Below are positions 1-11,795 of a stretch of 64,000 nucleotides of DNA, one piece after another; position 1 is the first letter of the stretch, and the number at the start of each line of letters is the position of its first letter. The DNA is from an uncultured Nitrososphaeraceae archaeon. Lineage in GTDB: Archaea; Thermoproteota; Nitrososphaeria; Nitrososphaerales; Nitrososphaeraceae. The DNA is taken from contig CAWIMJ010000016.1 in NCBI GenBank assembly GCA_963837175.1, positions 1 to 64,000 on the forward strand, in the 5' to 3' direction. A model generated the notes under the pieces. That model was given only the letters and a program-made list of their open reading frames with translations, was not told where the DNA came from and did not search any database. The translations under genes were made by a program, and so were the position numbers.

Positions 1-180
1 AACAGCTAATGCAAAATATATAAGCGCTTACTTTTTCTTTTTACAACCAGCAAAGTCATCATGTCATAAACTGAAAGAACACAGGATCAAAAAACGGATA
101 TAGATAACGAATTACAGAAAAATAAAAAAACCAGATGCAATGAAAATGACAAGCTCAAAGTATTTTTGTAAACCAAAAGA

Positions 181-309
181 CAAATTGGATATACAGATCT
201 TAAAATCATTCGATCCCTTTCAAGAGATTGTAGAACATCCTATAGAGACATCGCTCCAGTTGTTGGGATAACTCCAAATGCTATCAAGGAAAGAATTCAT
301 TATATTTAG
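181..309 (+). pseudogene. Lrp/AsnC-type HTH fragment
   Basis: Manual translation DLKIIRSLSRDCRTSYRDIAPVVGITPNAIKERI, then a stop. Confidence 0.5.
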
Positions 310-698
310 AGACAAATGATCCTTCTAAGACTTTAAAAGAATTTGTTACTTCAGATCATCCATTGGCTGCAAAGTTTCGTGAATCTGCAAGGAAAGCATT
401 TGCGATAGAATTCTCAAGCGCTCCACCATTACTGAATGAGAATATAATTGATTGGAACCAGAGTATTTGAGTTTAATTATCCTGTCATTCTTAAAGCATT
501 AAGAGAGTTTGGCACGTAAATATAGCATTAACTGGTAATTAAGATTGTTGCTATGTACCTGAAGACTGCTGCGATGATCGCAATGGTTGAGCTAATAACT
601 AAGCAACATCGTTAACTAAAAAATGCAATGATAATAATGGAACTGCAAAAACAAAAGGGTAAAAATAGTGAGGAACAAGTAATAATAGTGAGGAACCA

Positions 699-1712
699 AT
701 GTTATCTTCTGTTATTCCATCAGTAAATGCAAAGTGGGAAGTTAAAGAAGTTGCTACTCCACAGGCTGGCACCAATCAAGTACTTATAAAAATTCATGCT
801 AGTGGCATATGCTACACAGATGTTCATATTACTAAAGGTGGGCTAGGAGTAAAGTTTCCACATACCATAGGCCATGAGCCTGCTGGAGAAATTATTGCTT
901 TAGGTGAAGGTGTAACTACACGAAAAGTTGGCGATAGAGTAGGAGTTCCTTGGGTACAATCAACATGCGGCAGATGTGAATGGTGCCAGCGTGGTAAATT
1001 GTTCTTCTGTCCAAACCAGATAGCAACTGGGATAAATATTGCAGGAAGTCATGCTGAATATATGGTTGCTTATGCAGATGCTACTCAATTACTACCAAAT
1101 GGATTGTCATATGATCAGGCTGCTCCTATATTCTGTGCCGGATATACTGTATATAGTGGATTGAGATTTGCTGATCCAAAGCCACATGAACGTGTTGCAG
1201 TAGTTGGCATAGGAGCACTAGGTCATCTTGGAATTCAATACTCTAAAGCTGCTGGTTTTGAAACAATTGCTGTCACACATTCAAAAGATAAGGAAGAGTT
1301 AGCATACAAACTTGGAGCCGATAGTGTTGTTGCAGATGGAAAAGGATTATTAGAAGATCAAGGACGTGGAGCAGATGTAATACTTGCTACAAGTAATTCT
1401 TACAAAGCAATAGTGGACTCGATTGATGGTCTTAGACCTGATGGACGCTTGATTCTGATGGGAGTATCAGCAACAAACGAACCTCTTACGCTTTCTCCAG
1501 AGTTAAATGTAGACTTCTTATTCAAACGTCACCGTATCATCGGTTCTACGCAAAATCATAGAGAGTATCTTTATGAGGCATTAGACTATGTTGCAAAAGG
1601 TAAGGTAAGAGTAATGACTGAAATATTTCCATTAGAAGAAATTAGCAATGCGTATGACAAAGTAGCTAATGGGAATATACGGTTTAAGGCAGTAATAGAG
1701 CCTATTAAATAA
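699..1712 (+). CDS. Zn-dependent alcohol dehydrogenase (MDR family)
   Basis: GICYTD, GHE, structural Zn motif CGRCEWC...C, and GIGALG Rossmann motif. Confidence 0.9.
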   Translation: MLSSVIPSVNAKWEVKEVATPQAGTNQVLIKIHASGICYTDVHITKGGLGVKFPHTIGHEPAGEIIALGEGVTTRKVGDRVGVPWVQSTCGRCEWCQRGKLFFCPNQIATGINIAGSHAEYMVAYADATQLLPNGLSYDQAAPIFCAGYTVYSGLRFADPKPHERVAVVGIGALGHLGIQYSKAAGFETIAVTHSKDKEELAYKLGADSVVADGKGLLEDQGRGADVILATSNSYKAIVDSIDGLRPDGRLILMGVSATNEPLTLSPELNVDFLFKRHRIIGSTQNHREYLYEALDYVAKGKVRVMTEIFPLEEISNAYDKVANGNIRFKAVIEPIK

Positions 1713-2046
1713 ATTGACTTACTATTATAGCAATAACTAGAATAGAATAAAAAGTAACCATTGTTGGATATGTGGGTCAAAGAATAATGTTGCTACTACT
1801 ACCTTTTACTCGATATTTTAATGGGCACTTTTTATTCATCGTATACAATTGACGAAGGTAGGAAAATCGTTAGAGTTTTGAAGAGATCTCGCTTTTGGTA
1901 ATATAATAGTATAGAACAGAGAAGCTATGCCAAAGATCTACTAACCAGGGCCTTCTCATACACAGCCTGTTAAACTGATTTAGGCAAACTCCAAGTTATT
2001 ATACATGCACAAATCATATATACTATAGTGGAAATCAAGATTTTCA

Positions 2047-3145
2047 ATGAGTAGTGAGAGAAACTCTGTAGTTAATTCATCACACTCTATAATAACAATT
2101 GCCGTTTTCATAGTTATAGCATCTAGCATCCCTGTAATTGGAATTGTTTCAAATCAGCATCAGATTACAATGGCACAGCAACAGGAGCAGCAACAATCAC
2201 AAGTTGTCAACCAAACATCTTCAGTTCTAAAACAGCAGACTAATTTGCTTGGAGTATCTTTTGATATTGATAATGTGACCTTTTCACATCATATGGCAAC
2301 CGTAAATGGTATTCAATTGCACTATGTTATTGGAGGACATGGCGATCCTATAGTTTTATTACACGGATGGCCAGAAACATGGCATGCATGGCATAAAGTA
2401 ATGCCAGCCTTAGCTAAGAACTATACTGTTATTGCACCTGATCTGCGAGGTCTCGGAGACTCTTCAAAACCACCTACTGGTTATGATGGTAAAACCGTAG
2501 CTGAGGATATATATCAACTAGTCACTCAGCTGGGATTCAAAACAATTTTCCTAGTGGGTCACGATTGGGGAACACAGGTAGCCTATTCTTATGCAGCCTG
2601 CACATCCTACGGGAGTAAAGAGGCTAGCAGTAATGGAATTAACGATTCCCGGTTTCGCACCTCCCGGAAGACCGCCGCTATGGTGGGGCATATTCCATCA
2701 AACACCCGATGTACCAGAAGCCCTTGTACAAGGAAAAGAGTTGATATATTTATCATGGTTCTTACACAATCTTGCGTATAATCCAGCAGCGATAACACAG
2801 GCAGATATCAACGAATACGTTAGCCATTATTCTGCTCCAGGCGGAATGCGTGCTGGATTTGAGTATTATCGGGCTTTTCCTCAGGATGCAATTCAAAATA
2901 TGAATTATTCTAAAACTAAGCTTACAATGCCAGTATTGGCGCTAGGAGGAGGATATATTCCAACATTCGGAGGTAATATTACTATGCCTACTATCATATA
3001 TGGGATGAAAATATTAGCTCAAAATGTTCAGGGTATTACAGTTCCAAATTCAGGTCATTTTATTCCAGAAGAGCAGCCAGTTTTTCTAGTAAAATCACTT
3101 AACAATTTCTTTAGTGGTAATTCTACTACGGAAACTAGTAAATAA
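2047..3145 (+). CDS. Membrane-anchored or secreted alpha/beta hydrolase (epoxide hydrolase-like), split by one +1 frameshift near 2597
   Basis: LLHGWP, DLRGLGDS and GHDWG in ORF 2047; GHFIPEE in ORF 2591. Removing one C in GCAGCCTGCA fuses the two ORFs. Confidence 0.8.
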
Positions 3146-3273
3146 GGCAGCTCATGGAAAGTACTCATGGGAATTGGGAGTGATAACTCATGACGGCTAC
3201 CAACTACTCAGCAGTCTCCTCTGGGTGTGATATATATGATGCAAGGATAGCGTTGACAGTTACAGTGGTAGCA

Positions 3274-3999
3274 TTAATTTTTTTGCAAAAGACGTTGTAT
3301 ATCAGGAGGAAACGCGTGATCGCCCCCAGAAATCTGGAACCATGTCGGAAGTTGTTTCCATGCCGGAGGACCAGATTTTTCAGCAAAAATTGATTGATTA
3401 ATTGGCTTCTGCACTACAGCCATGATATCAGCTTCAGCTGGATCAACATCTTGAGCAAAGGCTACTCGAACCATTTCCGGGTTTAGGTAGATAAATCCTC
3501 CACTATCGTAAACCAAAAGATCTTTCGGAAACTTTGTTAAGTTGATGAAATTCGACAGCGACTAACCCCCATCTGGAGCAAAGGCAGAAATGTAAACAAG
3601 ACCAGTGACGTTGGGATTATTATAAGCAGCATCTGTAATAACAAATCCACCATATGACTGTCCTACAAGAATTGTTGGTCCACCAACCAGCTCGACTGCA
3701 CGCTTAACAGCAGCAATATCATCAGACAGAAGAATGAAGAGACATTTGTACAGCGATAACTTTATGTCCTGCGTTCTCTAAAATAGGAATTACTTTGCTC
3801 ATGAAGAGCCATCAGCCGATGCTCCATGCACAAGAACAATATTAGTAGAGTTTGTTGTTGTCATCCCCTGTATTCCTTAATCTTGCGTTAATGTCTTGTT
3901 TTCTGAGCTAGCAGAGCCAGAATATGTAGGTAGTGCAAAACTTGCAACAAGCATCATACTCAGACCCAACAAAACTAAAAATTTTATCCTTTTAGACAA
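3274..3999 (-). pseudogene. Degraded alpha/beta hydrolase, paralog of 12537..13385
   Basis: Shares DSGGFIYLNPE, FAQDV and KSGPPAWKQLPTW with ORF 12537; upstream part broken by several frameshifts and stops. Confidence 0.8.
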
Positions 4000-4147
4000 T
4001 GCTACTCCATGATCTGCTGAGCTAATGGAATATAGTCTTTCATTCCTAGCGAGGCTTTGGGATTTATCATTTTGTTTTCGATATCCTTGACTACATTATT
4101 GTAACTATATAACTTGAAGGTTACAATTAGGATAGTATGATTACCAT

Positions 4148-4630
4148 TTGGTAACTCGCCAATTTAATAATAATGGTGTGTATTACATCAGTATGAATAC
4201 TAATGACACAATGTCGCAAGTAGAAATCAATAAGGAAATTATTCAACGCTACTTTGAAGCATACAATAACAAAAATGAAGCAATATTTGATGAAATAATA
4301 TCCCCAGATTACGTAGACCATGGCCAATCCGCTTATATGGGCTCTCCTGGAAGAGGGGTTGCTGGAGCAAAGAATGACCTTAAGAAATCTTTAGATAAAT
4401 TAGATGAATTCAATTACGTGGTAGAAGCAATGATTGCATCAGAAAATTATCCGGATCTTGTAGGCGCATATTGGAAAGGATCATTGACACCAAAATCGAC
4501 CTCTGACACTCAGCAAACTAATAAAATAATTAACTACAGAGGCGTAAGTATATACCGCATTCAGAATGGAAAAATGATAGAAACCTGGCATGTCGTTGAT
4601 GGTTTACCATCGATGAGATGGACAAGGTGA
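4148..4630 (+). CDS. SnoaL-like ester cyclase / NTF2-fold protein
   Basis: NKEIIQRYFEAYN...DYVDH and GVSIYRIQNGKMIETW; real start probably ATG 4193. Confidence 0.75.
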   Translation: MVTRQFNNNGVYYISMNTNDTMSQVEINKEIIQRYFEAYNNKNEAIFDEIISPDYVDHGQSAYMGSPGRGVAGAKNDLKKSLDKLDEFNYVVEAMIASENYPDLVGAYWKGSLTPKSTSDTQQTNKIINYRGVSIYRIQNGKMIETWHVVDGLPSMRWTR

Positions 4631-5016
4631 GCCAATATCCACAACCCATCGTGCTCTGGACAAAAGACCATACAGACGCACTATGTGATGACCATATCTC
4701 TTCCCAGTTAAAATGACAATTATTACAAACCCATGTAGCTGATTGTAAAATCTTGAAGAAATAAATATGATCAATTAATATATTACATGCCATTTGACCT
4801 TGTTTAAATGATGAATTAGGATCATTTGCATTTGGGCCTTATTAAGTACTTTACTGCTTTTATTAAACCAAGAACAAAAGCTAAAGCTAGGCATTGTGAT
4901 TTTCAAATCTTAAAGAAAATAAAAATGCATTAATAGAAATGAAAATCCATATTTACTTTTGCCATGATGTACATAAGTGTGATGAAAGACAGAAAGAACG
5001 GGGCGAAACTTAAACA

Positions 5017-6340
5017 ATGAGTCAACATAATATTAGTGCATTAGTGGTGGCGGCAATAACGGTACTATATGTTATCGTTGGTTTTACAATATATTTTAAC
5101 AACCCTGGTCTTAATAAGGCTTGGTCAGTACAACAAAAAGACAAAGACATGCTCGAACTTGGTGTTCATTCACCTGAATTTACGTTTGAAAAAAATCATA
5201 CCAATGTGAAGGCTGCTGTCCAAAGATTTGGGATAACTAATCCTGCAATAGCATCTACAACGATAGAAAATCATACCGTAACTATGAAAATCAATAAAAC
5301 TCAGTTCCAGCAAGTTAATGAGTCACAATACAAAAAGGCACCTGAATTTGCTCAAATAAGTGGCTACATCAATACACCTAATAATAATCCGCTAACGCTT
5401 TCATCTCTTAAAGGAAAAGTAGTGTTAGTATACATTTGGACATATACGTGCATTAACTCGATTCGTCCTATGCCGTACATTCACGATTGGAACCAAAAAT
5501 ATTCTAATAATGGTTTAGTCGTAGTTGGTGTTCATTCACCTGAATTTACGTTTGAAAAGAATTATACCAATGTGAAGGCTGCTGTCCAAAGATTTGGCAT
5601 AAGTTATCCTGTAATGCTGGATAGTGACCATGGAACTTGGGATGCTTATGGAAACCAGTATTGGCCTAGGTTTTACTTGATTGATACTCAAGGAAATATA
5701 AGATATGACCACATAGGTGAAGGAGGTTATGATCAAATAGAAAAAGCAATTCAGTCGCTGCTAGCAGAACGTGCTCGCTCTAATGGGTGCAAAAGAGATA
5801 AGCTTCAATACAAAACCTACTACAGTAATTAAACCAGGAAGTCTGCAATATGTAGATTTAAGACAGAGTACAACACCAGAAGTATACATAGGGTATGATA
5901 AAGCGAGAGCCCCGATCGGAAATCCTGAAGGCTTCAAACCAGATCAGACAGTTTCATACTCAATTCCACCTAATACAAATTTCAAACCTCACATAGCATA
6001 TCTTCAAGGCAATTGGAAAAATAACCCCGATAATATGCAATTACAAAGTGATACTGGGCGCATTGTTTTGACATATTATGCAAAATCTGTAAATATAATA
6101 GCAGGGGGAAAGGGTGGAGGAACTATTTTTAATGATGAAGGAGTAGGAGGAGCAGCTGCAGCATCAACAGCGAAGATACCGAACAAATCTCTAGGAGAGG
6201 ATCTATCACCTGACGGTAGTTTCAGAATTGACGGACAAAGGCTATATAATTTAGCTATACATAACAACTACGCTGTTCATAATATTGTAATTGATGTTAA
6301 AGGCAAAGGATTTCAATTCTATACGTTCACTTTCGGTTAG
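5017..6340 (+). CDS. DipZ-like membrane-anchored redoxin (CxxS variant), split by +1 frameshift near 5775
   Basis: SLKGKVVLV, WTYTCINS, GVHSPEF, YGNQYWP, HIGEGGY; DipZ-type C-terminal domain ending FTFG in ORF 5771. Confidence 0.8.
5159..5602 (+). repeat. 78-bp intragenic direct repeat (5159..5236 and 5525..5602)
   Basis: Both copies encode GVHSPEFTFEKNxTNVKAAVQRFGI, with 3 mismatches. Confidence 0.9.
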
Positions 6341-6592
6341 TCGGTAGATGGTTCGTGTATACATGTATAAGATGATTACTATGGTTAAGATCCTTATGTA
6401 AAGATTTGTTCCTAAATGAGTTGCTTATGTGATCAAAAAGCCTTCCGGAGTTGAATTGAATAATACTTGTTTTTCGGATCTGACCTTTCTGGCATTAGTT
6501 ACTTTTCAGCCTCACTCATCTAAAGCGCAGCCAAAACATATGGAAACAGTATCGTAGTACTTTCTTGGGCGTGAACCAGTTGTGGCCTCTTA

Positions 6593-6784
6593 GCTGAGCG
6601 ATTTATTTCAAGCTTAGTTGGGATTCATGGTCGTCAACATCCAGTTTCCACAGATGGAGGAGGTACTTGACTATCCACAGGCTTGTAGGTTCTTCTTGAG
6701 ATTGTCTCATCATCATATATCCATTCCTCTTATGAGAAAAGTATCATATAGAGAGAAAGAACAATTCAGTATATAAAAAATCGT
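6593..6784 (+). mobile_element. IS6-family DDE transposase relic
   Basis: Translation across frameshifts: AERFISSLVGIHGRQHPVSTDGGGT..YPQACRF..HSSYEKSII.ERTIQYIKNR. Confidence 0.7.
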
Positions 6785-6789
6785 ATTTC

Positions 6790-8061
6790 TTGTTTTGCTC
6801 CTTCTTCTTGATGGCTTGTATTTTGGTCTTAGGTTGTGTATTTGTTTATTTAGAAAATATCAATGATTATATAGTTTTCATTGTTATATTTTTACACTTA
6901 ATGATACATGGGACAAAAAAGCTGTTGATGATTTCAGGAACAATTCTAGTGATTTTGTTTGTATCATCTACTACTATTAACAGTTCAATACTGCCTATGT
7001 CAATTCAGACTCCAAAAGCCTTAGCTGCTGGAGATAAGGAAGATGAAGAGACAGCATATCTTAAGTTTGTATCCCAAACACTAAAAGAATCCGATAATAG
7101 TAGTAAAAATTCTACTACAGTCCAGATCCCCAATGCAGCAAAAGGACCAGCAATACCTGCAAAAGGTTACTTGGTTCAGGAAATACGTGACCATTTGTAT
7201 TGGGTTACTGATGGCTCCTATAATGCTATGTTTCTAGTAACAGACAAGGGTGTTGTAGCAGTTGATGCTCCTCCTTCTATTGGTAAAAACTATCTGAAAG
7301 CCATAGCAGAAGTGACAGACAAGCCAGTAACTTATGTAATTTACAGTCATGCTCATATAGATCATATTGGTGCTGCAGGAATATTCCCAAAGAATACTAC
7401 TTTTATAGCTCAACAAGAAACTGCAGCTGAGTTACAAAGAGCGAAAAGTGTAGCCAGAAATGCTTCCATGGTACCATCAATACCTACAGTCACTTTTTCC
7501 AAGAATTATACATTGCAGATTGGAAATCAGACCCTGAAGTTGGACTACTATGGCGTTAACCATCTACCTGGAAATATCTTCATCTATGCTCCAAAGCAAA
7601 AAGTGCTCATGCTAGTCGATATCATATTTCCTGGATGGATTCCATTTCCATATTTGGCAATAGCTAAAGATACCGCTGGCTTTATCAAAGCTCATGATAT
7701 AGCCTTAAACAACTATGACTTTGACACAATTGTTGCTGGGCATCTTACTAGGCTTGGAACCAGGGAAGATGCTGAGATTCAGAGGGAATTTGTATCGGAC
7801 TTGGAAAAGGCAGCAGCCAATGCAAATCAGAACGTTTCTTTTAGCGATATTGCAAACCAGATAGGAAGCTTTGATAATCCATGGCTGATCTTCTCAAGAT
7901 ATATTGATGTTATCAACAAGCAATGCGTAGATGAGATGTTACCAAAATGGCAAAGCAGGCTAGGAGGAGCAGAGATATTTATGTCAACTCACTGTTTTAC
8001 TATGACTGAGTCCGGAAGAGTCGATCCCACCGTACAAGCTCTTCTCCAAAGTGGCAGCTGA
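6790..8061 (+). CDS. Secreted metallo-beta-lactamase-fold hydrolase
   Basis: YSHAHIDH (HxHxDH) motif, VAGH, hydrophobic N-terminus; start probably near 6901. Confidence 0.85.
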   Translation: MFCSFFLMACILVLGCVFVYLENINDYIVFIVIFLHLMIHGTKKLLMISGTILVILFVSSTTINSSILPMSIQTPKALAAGDKEDEETAYLKFVSQTLKESDNSSKNSTTVQIPNAAKGPAIPAKGYLVQEIRDHLYWVTDGSYNAMFLVTDKGVVAVDAPPSIGKNYLKAIAEVTDKPVTYVIYSHAHIDHIGAAGIFPKNTTFIAQQETAAELQRAKSVARNASMVPSIPTVTFSKNYTLQIGNQTLKLDYYGVNHLPGNIFIYAPKQKVLMLVDIIFPGWIPFPYLAIAKDTAGFIKAHDIALNNYDFDTIVAGHLTRLGTREDAEIQREFVSDLEKAAANANQNVSFSDIANQIGSFDNPWLIFSRYIDVINKQCVDEMLPKWQSRLGGAEIFMSTHCFTMTESGRVDPTVQALLQSGS

Positions 8062-8458
8062 CCTGAGTTTTGATCTAAATTCCAAATCTTGAATTAAGAT
8101 CTATAGTCTTCAAGTTATGGTATAGGAATGTATCATCAACATAACATCATTTCCAATCCTCATTTGGTTCAAAAGATTGGACAATCGGATGTTCTGTTGA
8201 AGGGAAATGTTTAGTTACATATTTATTCTTTGACGAGTCAAAACATCCTAAGTAACAAGTTCTAATGGAAGGTTGTCCAAACATTGAGATGTAATAAAGG
8301 ATCAACGTCATGAAATGTAAAAGATGAGGAAAGAGAGGTTTTATATCTGATGAATCATTCAAAAATTGAAGAGTTTGAAATTGATCTATTGCTAAGAAAA
8401 ACATAAGTCAAGTATCAGATAAGATACAATTACATATGATCTATTATCTATTATTTAT

Positions 8459-8782
8459 TTATTTATTGAATTTACGATAAAGTGCTATTAGATTGTTGCA
8501 TCTTCTACATCTATATTCTCCTTTCTCAATAAGAATAACGTCTTCGCCTAGTTCTTCATTTGGATTTTCGTAATTTATTACTGGAGAACCAGCATATTCC
8601 TTTTCACATCTCTTACAATAATATTTTGAAAATCTATCTTCATTTAATCTTCCTACATTTCCTAGGAATATATGAGGAACTCCAAGACTTGCTTTGATTT
8701 CTTCTTGCTCTGTTAGTTTGGCTAAAGCATAGCCACCTGATCCTAATAATTTCTTTTCCTCTAAATCTTCGTTCTCACTCAC
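8459..8782 (-). CDS. Conserved thaumarchaeal Zn-binding protein
   Basis: CKRC and CRRC pairs; near-identical copy at 48245. Confidence 0.75.
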   Translation of the reverse strand: MSENEDLEEKKLLGSGGYALAKLTEQEEIKASLGVPHIFLGNVGRLNEDRFSKYYCKRCEKEYAGSPVINYENPNEELGEDVILIEKGEYRCRRCNNLIALYRKFNK

Positions 8783-8845
8783 ATATCCTATAGTGAATAG
8801 CTATAATTTTAATAATACACCAACATTATTTGACATTGCAACAAT

Positions 8846-9052
8846 CTAAGTGGATTCATTCTCATTCTTCTTCTTCTTCTTACTTTCTGCCATTCTAACA
8901 ACTATAATGACTTCATTTTTTCTTGCTTCTAATAACCAATCTAATTTATCACCTGCTTTTAATCCCCATTGCTTTACAATAAACATAGGAATAGTAGTAC
9001 GTAATGATGCTTTGTTTGGAGCGTTTAATGCTAATGTTGTTACCTCTCCCAT
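8846..9052 (-). CDS. AbrB/SpoVT/MazE-type DNA-binding protein
   Basis: SLRTTIPMFIVKQWGLKAGDKLDW swapped-hairpin signature. Confidence 0.8.
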   Translation of the reverse strand: MGEVTTLALNAPNKASLRTTIPMFIVKQWGLKAGDKLDWLLEARKNEVIIVVRMAESKKKKKNENEST

Positions 9053-9094
9053 ATAAAGTCTACAAGTAAATAATCATGTATTAAGTTTGTCTAC

Positions 9095-9130
9095 TGGTAT
9101 ACCACCACATTTATAGCTTATAGTATACCA
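9095..9130. promoter_or_regulatory. Putative operator: two GTATACCA boxes upstream of the AbrB-like gene
   Basis: TGGTATACCA (palindrome, 9095) and TAGTATACCA (9121); GTATACCA retained in copy 2 (48879, 48906). Confidence 0.45.
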
Positions 9131-9211
9131 TAAAGTAGGTATGAATAAAATACTTATTACTCAGAAAACAAGACATACCCAACCGTTAACTCTTAGAGGA
9201 CGCAAAATGTT

Positions 9212-9573
9212 ATGAGTTTTGACAATATCACTACATATGTGCTACTATGCGAGGCGCATTCTTTGTAGGTGTTCTAATTGGTTATGCTTTGAAGAAAGTG
9301 ATAAAGTTAGCAGCTGTAATAGTAGGTTTGTTCTTAGATGGATTAGCTTACCTACAACAACAGCAGATAGCTAGCATAAACTGGAATAAACTTCAGCAAG
9401 TATCTGAAGGTGCCATCACAACAGTATCAAATCTAACTATGCAGATTCCAAGTATTAGCAGTAATAATGATCTTCATGTTGCAACAGTCTCATCATTAGC
9501 AATGACAAGCTTTGGTATCCCATTAACTGGAAGTATGTCAGCTGAATTTACTCTTGGATTTATTAAAGGATGA
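9212..9573 (+). CDS. FUN14-like small membrane protein (5' frameshift)
   Basis: FFVGVLIGYALKKVIKLAAVIVGLF..GLAYLQ..INWNKL...GFIKG; ATG 9212 is out of frame with ORF 9247. Confidence 0.65.
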
Positions 9574-10112
9574 TGATAGGATGATGACAATAAGAAGTTA
9601 GCGGATTTCCTTGAACTCAGTATTTTACAAATGCTTGCAAATACAGCTAAACTCTATCATATATTACTGTGTGAATTTTCAAAGTCTCAATTATCTGTGA
9701 TAGTATAGTTGAAGAGTGAAGAAGAAGGTGGTAAGCGGCTTTCTATCATCATTATAAACAATATGTAAATGGCGAGTTTAATATCTATACAAAACGTACA
9801 GATGGTAATGTGATGATAGCTTTGAAAAGAACACTGCTACTTCTCAATAACCTTATCATATAGAAAATGAAAATAATTTCCTAATTGTAACATGAAATAC
9901 TAGCTTTTATCTAAGTATTCTTTTTGTATGTATATATTCATAATGCACATTTTCAAATAATGGCAATTAGTTAGTCTAATACAGATATAACATTCTGTAT
10001 TAGCGATTTTGATGTGACTATTCTTAACAGATTCAAAATGTAAGTGCAATACACTAAGAGTGAAATGTGGAAAGATGTAGGCGATGATTTATGAATAGCA
10101 ACTACACTGTAA

Positions 10113-11795
10113 ATGACAACTATGTCCAATACACGCAGAGGGCTCCCTCTAACCAGCTCTCGTATTGAGAAAATATTTCCGAAATTAACACCAGCTCAGA
10201 TTGATCGTATTGCAGCGCATGGACGTATACGTTCAGTACAGCCTGGTGAAGTGCTAATAGAGCAAGGAGACACATCGGTACCGTTCTTTGTTGTGATCAC
10301 AGGCGAAGTGGAGATTGTACGCCCCTTTGATGCCTATGAGACCCTTGTGACTGTCCATGGTTCTGGCGAATTCACAGGAGAGGTTAACATGCTCTCTGGT
10401 CGCCGGTCTTTGGTTCGGGCACGTGCTACTAAGCCAGGTAAAGTGATCGAACTGAATCATCAGCAAATGCTGACTTTAGTACAGACTGATGCTGAGCTCA
10501 GCGACATACTAATGAGGGCTTTCATCCTACGCAGAGTAGAGTTAATAGCTGCTGGTGTTGGAGACATTATCCTCATTGGGTCAACACATTCTGCCAGTAC
10601 CTTACGGATCAAAGAGTTTCTAATGCGCAATGGACACCCATACTCGTACATAGACCTAGAACGCGACTCTGATGTACAGAATATGTTGGATAATTTCAAA
10701 ATATCTGCCAGTGAAATACCTGTGTTGATCTGTCGAGGCCAATTGGCGCTTCGGAATCCCAGTAATCAACAAATCGCAGACTGCCTTGGCTTCAATGAAT
10801 CTGTAGACCAAACCCATGTGCGAGACCTCGTAGTCATCGGGGCTGGTCCCTCAGGACTGGCTGCCGCAGTATATGGTGCTTCAGAAGGACTAGATGTGCT
10901 GGTGCTGGAGACAAGTTCGCCTGGTGGCCAGGCCGGTTCAAGCTCAAAAATTGAAAATTACTTGGGATTTCCAACCGGTATAACTGGACAGGAACTCGCA
11001 GCTAGGGCGTACCTTCAAGCTCAAAAGTTCGGTGCACATATGCTCATTGCTAAGGCGACACAACTCATCTGCGATCGCAAACCGTACGTCATCGAGCTTG
11101 AGAATGGGGCTAGAATTTCTACTCGCACTGTTGTGATTGCCACAGGAGTACAATATCGAAAGCTACCATTGGAAAATCTGTCACGCTTTGAAGGTGCAGG
11201 CGTTTATTATGGTGCGACTTTTGTGGAAGCGCAGTTATGTGGAGGAGAGGAAGTAATTGTAGTTGGCGGAGGAAACTCAGCGGGCCAGGCTGCTGTATTT
11301 TTAGCACAGACTGCAAAGCGTGTATATATGCTAGTCAGGTCCGCCGGTTTGGCTGCTAGTATGTCGCGATACCTGATCCGTAGGATAGAGAATAGCCCTA
11401 CGATCACATTACGACCACAAACTGAGATTGTGGCCTTAGAAGGAGATAATCACCTCAATTCCGCTTATTGGTGTAACGGTAAAACAGGACAGACTGAGAA
11501 GCACGAAATAAGCCACATATTCGTCATGACAGGTGCCGATCCAAACACTCGTTGGCTCAATGGCTGCATGGCACTCGACTCTAAAGGCTTCATAAAGACA
11601 GACCCTGATCTCTTACCAGAAGATCTGGGCGCTGCAGGCTGGCCTCTTACGCGTCCACCATACTTGTTTGAAACCAGTTTGCCGGGGGTTTTCGCAGTGG
11701 GCGATGTGCGAGGCGGCAGCATCAAGCGTGTTGCGTCCGCGGTAGGCGAAGGATCAATTGCGATCTCATTTATTCATAAAGTACTCCAGGAATAG
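10113..11795 (+). CDS. cNMP-binding domain fused to a thioredoxin-reductase-like FAD oxidoreductase
   Basis: LIEQGD..GEFTGE cNMP-like domain; IGAGPSG, IENYLGFP, VGGGNSA, FAVGDVR; no CxxC; visibly GC-richer than its flanks. Confidence 0.85.
   Translation: MTTMSNTRRGLPLTSSRIEKIFPKLTPAQIDRIAAHGRIRSVQPGEVLIEQGDTSVPFFVVITGEVEIVRPFDAYETLVTVHGSGEFTGEVNMLSGRRSLVRARATKPGKVIELNHQQMLTLVQTDAELSDILMRAFILRRVELIAAGVGDIILIGSTHSASTLRIKEFLMRNGHPYSYIDLERDSDVQNMLDNFKISASEIPVLICRGQLALRNPSNQQIADCLGFNESVDQTHVRDLVVIGAGPSGLAAAVYGASEGLDVLVLETSSPGGQAGSSSKIENYLGFPTGITGQELAARAYLQAQKFGAHMLIAKATQLICDRKPYVIELENGARISTRTVVIATGVQYRKLPLENLSRFEGAGVYYGATFVEAQLCGGEEVIVVGGGNSAGQAAVFLAQTAKRVYMLVRSAGLAASMSRYLIRRIENSPTITLRPQTEIVALEGDNHLNSAYWCNGKTGQTEKHEISHIFVMTGADPNTRWLNGCMALDSKGFIKTDPDLLPEDLGAAGWPLTRPPYLFETSLPGVFAVGDVRGGSIKRVASAVGEGSIAISFIHKVLQE

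Larger units (their letters stand above)
8362..9197. repeat. About 0.83-kb direct repeat, copy 1 (copy 2 at about 48152..48996)
   Basis: Near-identical Zn-finger and AbrB genes plus similar flanks. Confidence 0.9.

Noticed and set aside
663-696. Tandem AATAGTGAGGAAC upstream of the ADH gene
   Set aside because: A two-copy duplication around a ribosome-binding-like motif; no sign of a larger system
5159-5602. Diversity-generating retroelement TR/VR pair
   Set aside because: The three mismatches (A/G, C/T, G/C) are not adenine-specific and no reverse transcriptase is visible
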